DNA of 64,000 nt from Mobula hypostoma (GCF_963921235.1 NC_086108.1:71860001-71924000), one strand, 5' to 3'; positions 21,902 through 34,310 are shown, numbered from the stretch's first letter. Numbers and translations are program-made. Notes: generated by a model from the sequence alone, not told the origin.

Positions 21902-22468
21902 AGTTACCATGAAACTCCACTGGTTTCCTTGGCTGCGTAAGTCTAGGGAGTACGCACTCTGGTTCCGTCAAACCGTGAGATTGAGATGGCTCTCCCATCC
22001 CAAACCCCGGTTTGTGTGGATGCTGTGTGATTTGCTACCCTGCTACAACTCAATCCCAAGAAACAACAGACAGCACGCTGTATACAATTAAAGGAATAAT
22101 ATTTATGAATCTTAACTAAAGGGTTTGTAAAGAAAGAAAAAAATAAAAAGGGCACATTATAATTAAACAGCCAAATGTAAACAAGCTGGAGCTGAATGCT
22201 TTCCAAAATTCATTTTCATCGATCCTCAGTCAATCTCGGCATCTGGCCCCATCTTCGACCGGTTCTCCCCAGCGGATTCTCTCTTCATCTCACGCTGAAG
22301 AAAAATCCCCAAAAGACAACCCTTCCTAATTGGATGGCACACTTTCCTCAGCATCCCTTATCTCCAACAATAGCCCAAACAGGCTGAAAGCAGAACAGAC
22401 TGCTCTTACAGAACTGCTAAAATGAAATACCTACAGCACAGCAGGAAAATGTGAACCAGGGTGTTACA
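21902..22468 (-). mobile_element. Probable solo LTR inserted in the LTR above
   Basis: Minus strand starts tgtaacaccctgg; no coding capacity; interrupts the host LTR just after its first bases. Confidence 0.5.
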
Positions 22469-23319
22469 AACATATCAGTATTATTTATTATTGAAAATAT
22501 GTAGTTTGATTAAGCATTCTTTGTTGTTTAAATAATTCATTATGGTTCTATGTATGAAGTACATGAATGGCATACGTTATCATCCCACCACATCATATGT
22601 GCACACTTGTTTAAAATAAAAATGAACATTCATGAGTTACATCCTGGCTCCCTTGTTTTCCTTTCAATTAATTTTTACGGTTTGGAGTTGCAAAACGTAA
22701 CAGTTGTGATAGTGAAGTTCTAAACAAACCAAAGATGACTCCCTACCTGTTGAATCATAGCGCGAAACAGTTGAGTAAAAAAAAGAGCAAAGTACAGGCT
22801 TCTTTTGGAATGGACGGAGACTGTCACATTAAGAAAAGGCAGCAAACAGACGAATTCAAGGGTTCATAAACAATGAGTACCAGTGATAATAATCATAAAA
22901 AAGCAGAAATAGCTGGTTACATCAGAAAGATTGACACATTAGATTACATAACAGATAACTGGATATTGTATATGGAATGAATTGAACAGTATTTAAAGCA
23001 AATGGAATAAATGATGAGGAGGAAGTGCCAAATTTGCTTGAGTGCATTGGGTTTAAAGTCATACACTTTGTCTGCTCTAACCAAACCAGCCAAAATGAGC
23101 TTTGCTGATATCATGAAAGTAATGCAGGAACAGTTAAAATCAAAACCAATGTTGATTGCTGGACACTTCAGGTATGATAAGCATAAACAAAAGGAAGGGC
23201 AGTCCACTTCAGCATACATGGCTGAACGGAAGAGATTGTCTGAACATTGTCATTTCAGCTTAATGGTACACTGAGAGATTGTTGAGATATGGAACCTTAC
23301 AAGAAAGTATTTTAAAATG

Positions 23320-23965
23320 GCCTTTTCTTCCTCTTTACCTTCTGCACCTGTGTTCAGTGCCAGTAGTCAGGTCTCCATGGCATTCCCCTGGAAGGTCATC
23401 CCTCACAACAAAGCGGCATACTTATTTTTGAGGGGAATGGCATAGGGGTGCTCTGTGATAACTGCCTATTCACATTTCTGTTTCTCCTGACAGTCACCCA
23501 GCTACTCGTCTTCTTCAACTTCAGGGCCTCTACTTCCCTGTAATTCTGATCAATGATCTTCTCACTCTCCTGTATAAGCTAGAAGTCATCCAGTTGCTGC
23601 TCCAGATCCCTAACACGGTCTTCAAGCAGCTACAGCTGGATGCACTTCATGCAGATGTGGTTCCCTGGGAGACTCAGGGTCTCCCAGCACTCTAACATCT
23701 GGCATGAAGAACACATAACGGCTATTTACTACACAAGGTATAGTAAGAGATTTAAAAATGAACCTTAACAGAAGCTTATCCAGAGCCAACACCTCTTCCA
23801 AGTCAAAGCCTCCTTTGAGACAAATCCTGACACTCCTACTCTCACCACTGGCCTACTCCCAACAATGGCCACCCTGCTTATCTCTTCTATACTTTTAAAC
23901 AAGCGTCACTGACCTGCGAGAAACCTCATTGCTGTGGCCTGCTCCTGCTGCTGATTGGGCCATCA
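23320..23965 (-). mobile_element. CR1 5' UTR and ORF1 N-terminal fragment
   Basis: Minus strand AVMCSSCQMLECWETLSLPGNHICMKCIQL*LLEDRVRDLEQQLDD, homologous to the ORF1 at 17287. Confidence 0.85.
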
Positions 23966-24515
23966 GAATGATGTCATATGTACACAGACAAACATATATA
24001 TATATATATGAGGTAAGCTGCATTCTATATCGAGTTAGAGTTTATGGAAGCAGAGTGATGGATTTAATATATCAGTAATATTTGAGTTATATTGTAAAAT
24101 CTTGTTTGATTAAGCATTCTGTGTTGTTTAAATAATTCATTCATTATAAATCTGATGCAAAAAGATGTTCTCTTAAATCCATTGGGATTTCAATGAGTTT
24201 GCTTTTGCGTCAACTATCATTAATAGAAGCAACAGATAATGATTCCAAGTGACCCTTTGATCCAACGATGCCTAAAATCAGAAAGGATCAACCTTTTACT
24301 GACAGGATTCCCAATAGACATACAGGGCCCTGATCACAAAGGTGTCAGTGCTGGGGCACAAACCCTTCCCAATTTTTGGCATCGGGTATATTGACCATAT
24401 TCGGGGAAAGTACAAGACTCCCAGATATAAAATGTAGCTTATGCTGCTGTTTTAACCTAAGTGTAACGTGTCGTTCAAAACAAAACTTTTAAAGCTGTAG
24501 TCATCATAAAGAGGC

Positions 24516-24744
24516 AAACATGAGGAATTCTGCAGATGCTGGAATTTGAAGCAACATACATCAAAGTTGCTGGTGAACGCAGCAGGCCAGGCCGCATCTC
24601 TAGGAAGAGGTACAGTCGACATTTCAGGCTGAGACCCTTTGACAGGATGAAGGGTCTCGGCCTGAAACGTCGACTGTACCTCTTCCTAGAGATGCTGCCT
24701 GGCCTGATCTGCTGCGTTCACCAGCAACTTTGATGTGTGTTGCT
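24516..24744. mobile_element. Palindromic Penelope-derived short element with 16-bp TSD
   Basis: Arms ~24550-24639 and ~24650-24744 are inverted repeats; perfect TSD gtcatcataaagaggc at 24500-24515 and 24745-24760; hammerhead-like GATGA-AGG..CCT-GAAA-CG-TC-GACTG at 24646-24676. Confidence 0.88.
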
Positions 24745-24760
24745 GTCATCATAAAGAGGC

Positions 24761-24940
24761 TATGATGTGCAGATGCTGAAAATCCGAAATAAAAATGGAG
24801 CATCCTAGAACTGCTCAGCACACCAGGCAGCACCTGTGGAAATAAAACAAGGTTAACATATTAGCAACGATGAAAGACTTTGATCTGAAATGACAAACAC
24901 ATGGCGAGATCTATTGACTATTTCTTGAACTTTTCCGTCT
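24761..24940. mobile_element. Older, diverged relative of the same short-element family
   Basis: tgcagatgctgaaaatccgaaataaaaa..ctcagcacaccaggcagcacctgtgga parallels the younger copies. Confidence 0.55.
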
Positions 24941-25676
24941 CAGCCATCCATTTTAATATTACGTGTCCTAAGTTATAGACAGTTTGTCTTGTGGATTTTT
25001 AATAAGAAATTTAAATAATTTTATATCCTATGGTTGTTCAGTTTTATTTTAGAATTCCCACTCATTTATTTCTGTGTTTTCTCCACTTTTTCACTGGACC
25101 CACAGGAAGTAGATCTTTGTTCAGCTGCTCTCAATCTTGTACTTGAATAGCCACTGAGACTGCTGGGGTACCTGGTGCGCTGTTTCCACCTCTCTCTATT
25201 TGTAAGAGGTTTGAATCCATTCAGATTCCTTCCTACAGGCTTTACAGACAATGGCTGAAAATCACAGTCCCAAACACAAATATTAACACCTTTATGTTAC
25301 AGATGGTACCAGCTGAGAACAGTTCCTGAAGGCATAATATGCTTTAAGGTCTATTTTTTTAAAACATCTGCTGCCCTTTGATTGAATTCAATTACTACTC
25401 TTATTTTGGCAGCTGTGTTTTTCTACGCCACAGTCTTTATTGCATTGTTAATGGTGCCGGCAATTTTTCTGTTAATTGGCCTGCTGTGAACTTGGAAGAA
25501 AGTCTGTTCCTTCCAAAGCGAACTTGGGTTGCAGTTTTCTTATATTATTCACCTGATTTTTCTGTGCTAATACTACACTGAAATATGGAAGTCAATAAGT
25601 CACAGGCAACACTAATGACACTAATGCACAGATTTCAATGATCAGCAGTATGCTTCATCATTGTCAAATAATTCTT

Positions 25677-26053
25677 TGAAGTGAATCAGGTACTCCAGTA
25701 GATTTGAGAGGATCAGGTACTAGAGTAGATTTGAGAGGATCAGGTACTCCTGTAGATTTCAGAGGATCAGCTACTCCTGTAGATTTGAGAGAATCAGGTA
25801 CTCCTGTAGATTTGAGAGGATCAGGTACTAGAGTAGATTTGAGAGGATCAGGTACTCCAGTAGATTTGAGAGGATCAGGTACTAGAGTAGATTTGAGAGG
25901 ATCAGGTACTCCTATAGATTTGAGAGGATCAGGTACTAGAGTAGATTTGAGAGAATTGGTTACTCCTGTAGATTTGAGAGAATCAGATACTCCTGTAGAT
26001 TGGAGAGGATCAGGTACTCCTGTAGATTTGAGAGGATCAGGTACTCCACTAGA
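25677..26053. repeat. 27-bp minisatellite, about 14 copies
   Basis: Unit ttgagaggatcaggtact(cct/cca/aga)gtagat. Confidence 0.95.
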
Positions 26054-26270
26054 CTCGATTCATGGAGACTTCCAAAAGTCTTTTGTTAAGGTGTAGCATA
26101 GTTAAATAAAGGATGTCAACACCTGGAATCAGATAACAAGCAGCAGAACAGATAGCTGGCTTGTTAACTGCAGATAACAGAGGGTGGGGTTTAAGAATAT
26201 TTATTTTGAATAGCAGAGAGTAAGAAGTGAGATTGTGTTCATCCACGGCTGCACTAGCACGTGATGATTG

Positions 26271-26489
26271 TGTAGGTTTTCACAAACAAAATGGGGTGAG
26301 GTATTTTACAGTATATTTAAGAAAAATCATAACAACTCATTTACTGTAATCCAAAAACTGAACACAAAGCGTGGCGAAAGTCCTTTACATAATTACCTCA
26401 TCATGTCAGACCAGCTTCCCAAAGTGAACCCCAACTCAATGTTGGTAGTTGTGAATTATGCACATTTCCACCAACTGCATTACCCAGCA
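26271..26489 (-). repeat. 3' LTR of the minus-strand Gypsy element
   Basis: Colinear with 32184-32325 plus 32913-32970; TG...CA ends. Confidence 0.85.
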
Positions 26490-29400
26490 CAGGACCCCAC
26501 AATTCACTAAAACCAGCATTGTGAGCCTGTCCGGAGCTTGGCTGTGCTGAGCCACCTGGCTCAGGCCCGATGTTTCATGGGTGGAGGAACAGCAGAGACC
26601 TCTGGCTCATCCAGAGATGTGTTGACACACTCGTGGTCATGTTGTGACAAAAGAGACATGGTAGCGGAATCCTCCAAGCCTTGGTGGGCCAGTTTAAGGT
26701 GATCTACCAAAATATATTCAGGTTTACTTCACCTATCTGTGATAGAAGTCTTTTCTCTCCTTTCCAAAACATGGAATGGGCCATCACAATGGGGCCTAAG
26801 GGGATGTTGGTGCGCATCATAGCAAACAAAACAAACAAGGCAGGATGTAGGTCAACACGAAGCCAAAAGAGCTGTACAGCATAATGGGAGGTGGGAATAG
26901 GTGCAAAGGAATTGAATTTACTGAGGAGAGAGGAATGCTGTTGAGAGGACGACCAGGCGGTTAAGGGATAAAATCACCTGGCCCTCCTCACAGCTGCCCC
27001 TATATCAACTCAGATACGGATGACCTCAGGTCCTCTTTTGGAGCTGTTCTGAGCCCTAAAAGGTCCTGCTGGAGATGATCATGCCAAGATGCATCAGTCA
27101 GGGAAGCCCTCAGAGCAGCCTTAAAGGAGCAGTGAAACCACTCGCATAGGCCATTGGACTTCATATCATACGCTCTGGTGTGATGTAGTCTAACGCCGAA
27201 GTTCTGAGCCAATGCAGCCCAGAGGTCTGAAATGAATTGGGGACTGCGGTCAGAGGAAATATCAGATGGGGTGCCAAACCGAGCAACCCAGGTGCTCATG
27301 AACACCCAAGCCACATCTGTGGCCATCGTGGATGCTAAAGGGATAACCCCTGGCCATTTGGTGGTACCGTCCACTATGGTGAGGATATGTATGAAACTGC
27401 GGGAGCAAGGAAGAGAACCGATAAGGTCCACATTGACACGGTCAAACCATCGCTCAGGAACCTCAATAGGTGCCAATGGTGTCTGGACATGACAGGTAAT
27501 TTTTGCCCACTGGCACTCCACATAGTCTGCAGTCCAATCACCCATGTCCTTTCTGTGTCCTTGCCATACGAACTTCCGTGCATCCATTTTCTGTGAGGCC
27601 TTTCGGTGCAGATGCAAGAGGCCATGTGTGGAGACAAAAGCAGTTCACCTCCAGTTTGCAGACAATATGGGGCGAGGGTGACCGGTTGAGACATCACACA
27701 GGCGAGAAACCCCAGCTTGCCGGAACTTAATGTCAGCAAACTGCAGGCCCTTAACTGCTGTTCGGTAAACCAGAACCTCTGGGTCAGGAGCTTGGTCAGC
27801 TGCTATGCCGGCATCGTCAGCCCCTATGTGTATGGCCTCAATGGCTGGCCGTGAGAGGCAATCAGCTACGGCATTATTTTCCCCCTGATATGTTGTGTAC
27901 CAGTGTGGAACTCTGATATGTAAGCCAATTGGTGTTGCTCCCGTGTAGACTAAGGGTCTGATAATTAGGTCATCACACGCACGAGGGGTTTCTGGTCAAC
28001 AAACACTGTGAAATGGTGACCCACTAGAAGAAAACAAAAATGCCTGACAGCCAGATAGAGACTGAGTAGTTCACAGCCAAATGTGCTGCACTTCCTTTTG
28101 GGGGAGATAGACCTGCTGGCTGAAGAAGGTGAATGGCTGCCATACCCCTCTGACCAGCTATTCATGCACAGCACCCACAGCATCATCTGAAGCGTCAGTA
28201 GTCATGGCTATAGGAGCTCTAGGGAGTTGGTGTGCCAGTAGGGTCACATCAGAAAGAGCCCATGTCTACTGACCAGTCAAGCACTTGATTAGGGGTTTTG
28301 CCTTTACAGAGGGAGCATATGTTCATCAGCTCATAGAATGAAGCAGTGGTAGAAATTCACCATGCCTAAAAACTACTGTCGTCATTTAGTAGTGTGGGGT
28401 GATGGGAAATCCATAGAAGTGGCTACCTTTGATTGTAGCGGCTTGCACCTTGCGTGGAGATGTGATGGCCGAAAAAGTCAAAGGTTGACAACCCGAACTG
28501 GCATTTAGTAGGTCAAATAATTAACCCGTGTTGGTTTAACCCCTCAAAAAGTGTGCGGAGATGAGATATGTCTTCAGACTTGGATGTACTGGTGTCAAGT
28601 ATGTCATCCGGGTAAACAAAAAGAAAGTCTAACTATCTTAATACAGAGTCCTTCAGCTGTTGGAAAGTCTGTGCTACATTTTTCAGCCCAAACGGCATGC
28701 GCAGAAACTCAAAAAGGCCAAACAAGGTTATCACAGCTTCCTTAGGAATGTTCTTCGAGCCCACAGGCACCTTATGGAAACCCTTAACTAGACTGACTTT
28801 GGATAAAATTAACTTTCCAGCCAAAGGTGCTGAATAGTCTTTGATGTGTGTGACTGGGTAATGAATAGGGGTGGTGGCCTCGTTAAGGTGTCAGTAATCG
28901 CCACGTGGGTGGCAACCACCATCAGACCTAGGAACCATATGAAGGGGCAAAACCCAGGGGCTATTCGACTGGCATACATTTCCGAGTCTTTCCATGTTGG
29001 CAAACTCAGCCTTCGCAGTCGCCAGCTTTTCTGGGTCCAGTCTATGTGTGTGGGCATAGGCTGTGAGCTAGTTGTAGAAATGTGGTGCCCAACCCCATGT
29101 CTCGTGACTGTAGTGGAGAATGTTGGGTTCATGAGGTTTGGGATAATCACCCAGCAGTCGAGTTAACTCACATGGCACTTGACAGAGTTCTTGTGGGGGA
29201 CTTACTGGGGGAACAGGGTAACAACCCAACATCCTTGACATTCACAAGTTGGCAGTTCTTAAGATTGACTAATAGTCCTAGGGCACACAGGAAATCTGCA
29301 CTGAGCAGAGGTCTAACCACTTCAGCCAGGATGAAGTCCCATGAATAATGTCATCTATTGAAGCACAGCGTCACCCGTAATGTCCTGCAGGTCTGGATCC

Positions 29401-30059
29401 TGCTGCCATTAACAGCCTACAGTGAGTTTTATTGCTCTTTGCCTTCTCATCAATAGGAGACTCTGGCAGCACACTCACTTGAGCACCCGTGTCACCCAGG
29501 AAACATGGCCCAGAAAGGGTGTCTGTAATGAACAGTAGATGACCCTGGTAGCTGGAACTCACAGTGTTCACAGACCTCTGATGTCCCGATGCACTGGCAT
29601 TGTCAAAGCTACAAGGTAGTCGGCACTTCCTAGCGTTCGTACCAAAGCGAGCACAGTAAAAATACAGGCCTGGCATCATCTATTTCACAGTCACAGGTAT
29701 CCTTATGATGGGGGTCTTGCTGACTGGGCTTACTGAGGTAGAGAAAGGAGGAGGAATGATGCACCACTGCCCTGCTGAGTGTAGACCATCAGCCATTTCA
29801 GCAAGCTCCCTATAGTCCTTCATGGGTGCATTAGTGAGGGCTATGTGAACTTGATCAGGCATTTGATGCTTGAAAAGTTCTTTAAATCTAGTCAGGTGGA
29901 AGAAGGCAATATACATGAGGTTTAATAGAGACAGGAGAGACAGCATGTGGTCCATTAGTTCTGACGTCTTTGCATCACCGAGGCCGGGACTTAGCTCAGA
30001 CTGTGATAGTCCAAAAGTCTGTAAAAGATGAGTTTTCAGTGATCTGTATTTATTGTGTT

Positions 30060-31905
30060 AACATAGAACACAGAACATAGAATAGTACAGCACAGTACAG
30101 GCCCTTTGGCCCACAATGTGCTGACCCTTAAACCCTACCTCTCATATAACCCCCCACCTTAGATTCCTCCATATACCTGTCTAGTAGTCTCTTAAATTTC
30201 ACAAGTGTATCTGCTTCCACCACTCTCAGACAGTGCATTCCACGCACCAACCACTGTCTGAGTAAAAAACCTTCCTCTAATATCTCCCTTGAACTTCCCA
30301 CCCCTTACCTTAAAGCCATGTCTTCTTGTACTGAGCAGTGGTACCCTGGGGAAGAGGCACTGGCTGTCCACTCTATCTATTCCTCTTAATATCTTGTATA
30401 CCTCTATCATGTCTCCTCTCATCCTCCTTCTCTCCAAAGAGTAAAGCCCTAACTCCCTTAATCTCTGATCATAATCCATACTCTCTAAACCAGACAGCAT
30501 CCTGGTAAATCTCCTCTGTACCCTTTCCAATGCTTCCCCATCCTTCCTATAGTGAGGTGACCAGAACTGGTCAATATGAATATTGTCAATATGAAACCGG
30601 TCCGCAGTGCAAAAAAGGTTGGGGCCCCCTGCTCTATACTATCCACAACACCACCAACCTTTGTGTCATCTGCAAACTTGCCAACCCACCCTTCTAGCCC
30701 CACATCCAGGTCGTTAATAAAAATCACGAAAAGTAGAGGTCCCAGAACCGATCCTTGTGGGACACCACTAGTCACAATCCTCCAATCTGAATGTACTCCC
30801 TCCACCACCACTCTCTGCCTTCTGCAGGCAAGCCAATTCTGAATCCACCTGGCCAAACTTCCCTGGATCCCATGCCTTCTGACTTTCTGAATAAGCTTAC
30901 CGTGTGGAATCTTGTCAAATGCCTTACTAAAACCCAAGTAGATCACATCCACTGCACTACCCTCATCTATATGCCTGGTCACCTCCTCAAAGAACTCTAT
31001 CAGGCTTGTTAGACATGATCTGCCCCTCACAAAGCCATGCTGGCTGTCCCTGATCAGACCATGATTCTCTAAATGCCCAGAGATCCTATCTCTAAGAATC
31101 TTTTCCAAAAGCTTTCCCACCACTGACGTAAGGCTCACTGGTCTATAATTACCCAGACTATCCCTACTACCTTTTTTGAACAAGGGGACAATATTCGCCT
31201 CCCTCCAATCCTCCGGTACCATCCCCGTGGACAACGAGGACATAAAGATCCTAGCCAGAGGCTCAGCAATCTTTTCCCTCATCCTGTAGAGCAGCCTGGG
31301 GAATATTCCGTCAGGCTCCGGGGACTTATCCGTTCTAATCTATTTTAACAACTCCAACACCTCCTCTCCCTTAAACATGCTCCAGAACATCAACTTCACT
31401 CATATTGTCCTCACCTTCATCAATCTCTAAGCATCAACCACATGTCCATAGTACATTTCCCCACAAAAACATCATCCCAACTCACACTCTCAAGTTCTAG
31501 CTTTATAGCCTCATAATTTGTCCTTCCCCAATTAAAAATTTTCCTGTCCTCTTTGATTCTATCCTTTTCCATGATAATGCTAAAAGCCAGGGAGCGGTGG
31601 TCACTGTCCCCCAGATGCTCACCCACTGAGAGATCTGTGACCTTACCCGGTTCGTTACCTAATATTAGATCTAGTACGGCATTCCCCCTAGTCGGTCTGT
31701 CAACATATTGTGACAGGAATCCGTCCTGGACACACTTAACAAACTCTGCCCCGTCTAAACCATTGGAACTAATCAGGTGCCAATCAATATTAGGGAAGTT
31801 AAAGTCACCCATGATAACAACCCTGTTATTTTTGCACCTTTCCAAAAACTGCCTCCCAATCTGCTCCTTGGTATCTCTGCTCCTACCAAGAGGCCTATAG
31901 AATAC
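30060..31905 (-). mobile_element. CR1 LINE, 5'-truncated with internal deletions, inserted in gag
   Basis: Tail acatagaacacagaacatagaatag; ORFs 30192-30530, 30485-31282 (GVPQGS, KFADD) and 31420-31845 (MGDFN, SDH). Confidence 0.92.
30571..30631 (-). mobile_element. One end of a hAT-type DNA transposon or MITE
   Basis: Minus strand caggggGccccaaccttttttgcactgcggaccggttt resembles hAT/Charlie TIR ends (CAGGGGTCCCCAACC); not CR1 sequence. Confidence 0.6.
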
Positions 31906-32167
31906 TCTAATCTATAGAATACTCTAATCTAATAATACTGTAACCCATCTGTTCAGATGGGTTTTCTAGTAGACCTACCACTTCCGCAGCTGTGGAGTTG
32001 CTGATCTGCTACCACATAGTAGAACTTGGTGGTGTTGGTGGTGATTTCTTGCAGTGCGAATTGAGCCTCTGAATGAACCAAACAATGATATTTTGCTCCC
32101 AAAACTCCAGCAGTATCAAAGTGACTATGTTGGCCAGCATGTTCAATAATTCTGGAGTCGTCCTAGA

Positions 32168-32182
32168 GCATCAGGGTCACCA
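32168..32182 (-). promoter_or_regulatory. Primer-binding site, tRNA-Trp-like
   Basis: tggtgaccctgatgc one base inside the 5' LTR, close to the tRNA-Trp PBS TGGTGACCCCGACGT. Confidence 0.75.
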
Positions 32183-32325
32183 ATGTAGGTTTTTACAAAT
32201 AAAATTGTGTGAAGCATTTTATGTTCAAGAAAACTATAACAGCTCATTTATTGTATTCAAAAAATTGAACACAATCATGGTAAAAGTACTTTGCATAATT
32301 ACACCATCACTTCAGACTAGCCTCT

Positions 32326-32912
32326 TAAGACCACAAGACCATGACATAGGTGCAGAAGTAGGCCATTTGGGCCTCAAGTCTGCTCTGCCATTCAATCATG
32401 GCTGATCCTATTTTCCCCTCCTCAACCCCACTCCCCAGTCTTTTCCCTGTAACCTTTGATGCTGTGTCCAATCAAAACTGTTCAAGTTCTGCCTTAACTA
32501 TACTCAACAACCTGGCCTCCACAGCTGCCTGTGGTAATATATTGCACAAGTTCAACACCCTCTGGCTAAAAAAATTTCTCCACATCTCTGTTTTCAATGG
32601 ATGCCCCTCAATCCTGAGGCTGTGTCCTCTGTTCTAGATTCCCCCACCATGGAAATATCCTCCACATCTACTCTGTCTAGGCCTTTCAACACTTGAAAGG
32701 TTTCCATGAGATACCCCCTCATCTGTCTAAATTTCAGTAAGTACAGACCCAGAGCTATCAAACACTCCTCATATGATAACCCTTTTATTCCTGGAATAAT
32801 CCTTGTGAACCTTCTCTGAACCCTCTCCAATGCCAGCACATCTTTTCCTTGAGGAGGAGCCCAAAACTGTTCACAATACTCAAGGTGAGCCCTCAACAGT
32901 GTCTTATAAAGC
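32326..32912 (-). mobile_element. CR1 3' fragment inserted in the 5' LTR
   Basis: Tail taagaccacaagacca; [23 protein letters not shown]. Confidence 0.9.
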
Positions 32913-32999
32913 CCAACTCAATGTTGGTGGCTGTGTAATTGTATAGTTCCACCAATTACATTACCCTACAATTGCAGACTTGTTCTTGCCGACAACACC

Positions 33000-33232
33000 C
33001 CATGCACTATTAATCTATAGGACATGACACTCAGGGACTTGGGCTCGAGTGTTATTTACTTTAGATAATGTTTACTGCTGTCATAAGTATATGTGCTTTG
33101 TGCCGTGTTTGACTGTTGGTATTGTGTTTTGTACCTTGGCCCCAGAGGAACGTTGTTTCCTTTGGCTGTGTTCATGGGTGTTCATGTATGGCTGAATGGT
33201 AATCAGATTTGAATTTGAACTTAAACTTGAAC
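33000..33232 (+). mobile_element. LINE 3' tail (Rex1-like)
   Basis: Ends in a degenerate short tandem tail ttgaatttgaacttaaacttgaac. Confidence 0.4.
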
Positions 33233-34310
33233 AAGAATTAGTGCTGGGATTAAAGTTGTTTACAATTTATAGTAATCATTCAGAATTAGAAGCTAAAAGC
33301 ATTGTTTCTAAATTTGTTAATGACAACTAATCAGTGAGGCTGGCAGAGGGGAGGTGCTCCGAGGAAGAGGGTTGATAGTCCATATGAACAAGATTGGGAA
33401 GAAATGAGTAATATGCACAAAATGCTGGAGGAGCTCAGCAGGTTAGGCAGCATCTATTGAAAGGAATAAAGATGTGACATATCGGGTGGAGACCTTTCAT
33501 CTGAACTGGAAAGGAAAGGGGGAAAAGCCAGAATAACGTGGGGGAGGGGAAAGATTCAAGCTAGAAGGTGATAGGTGAAAGCAGGTGAGCGGGAAAGCTG
33601 GAGGGTGGGGGAGGGGGTATGAAGTGAGAGGCTGGGAGGTGATAGGTGGAAAAGATAAAGGGCTGAAGAAGAAGGAATCTGATAGGAGAGGAGTGAATCA
33701 TGGGAGAAAGGGAAGGAGGAGGGACACCAGGGGGAGGTGTTAGGCAGGTAAGGAGAACAGAAGTAGTAATAGGGGAACCAGAATGGGGAATGAAATAATC
33801 GAGAGGGAGGAGGGGGGAAGAACGTACCAGAAGTCAGAGAAATCAATCATAGTCCGGTCTATGAAGTCCGCATTCCGGTTCACGGTCCGGTCTGTGGACT
33901 CAGGACTCCGGGTCTTCCAGCTGTCCCTCGTTTGGGTGAGTTAATCATAGACACCTGATTCCCATCTTGGGGCTTGGAACATAAGTAGCCTTGGGATTGA
34001 TTGTGGACTGCTGGATTGTCTTGTCAGTTCCCCCTGCAGCAACCTGCTGATGGAAGGCTAGTGAAACTATTTGTGATCTCTAGGCCTGGTTGGAGGACCA
34101 CTGCTTCATGGAGCCTTGTTGCCACTTGTTGGAGTAGTCTTTGTGGTATGGATTTGGCTGTTTCCCAGCCCAGCTGGGTGGCTGTCAGCCACTCTGAGCT
34201 AGGTTGGGATCTGGCTGTTTCTGTAGGCAGCGGAGGTTGCTGGCTGTAACTGTGACTTGGAACCCTGAAGCAGAGATGGAACTGTCTGTTGTTCTTTGGT
34301 GTTTGTCTCT

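Larger units (their letters stand above)
21894..24148 (+). mobile_element. Decayed, internally deleted Ty3/Gypsy element (LTR, gag 5' part, partial second LTR)
   Basis: LTR tgttatg...cgtaaca ending at 22701; gag remnant AGYIRKID..DNWILY..IEQY.KANGI..LLSALG..KPAKMSFADIMKVMQEQL.SKPMLIA..QKEGQS.SAYMAE.KRLSEHC; block gtttgattaagcattct.tgttgtttaaataattcatt repeated at ~22504 and ~24104. Confidence 0.7.
26271..32970 (-). mobile_element. Ty3/Gypsy LTR retrotransposon, full outline, decayed, with two CR1 insertions
   Basis: LTRs 26271-26489 and 32184-32970; TSD attg (26267-26270, 32971-32974); gag MLANIVTL.LLEFWEQN..WF.Q.EAQF; protease FLGDTGAQVSVLP; RT GLFEFLRMPFGLKNVAQTFQ; RNase H ELLSLYLAVRHF; integrase FDRVNVDLIGSLP..SDRSPQFIS..SNGLCE. 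Confidence 0.92.

Noticed and set aside
24550..24744. miRNA precursor or classical MITE
   Set aside because: Multi-copy, unequal arms, 16-bp TSD and Penelope-terminus similarity fit a retro-derived element better
25677..26053. Possible CRISPR array or repeat protein gene
   Set aside because: Units are contiguous with no unique spacers and there are no cas genes; the ORF begins at TTG and follows from the 27-bp period
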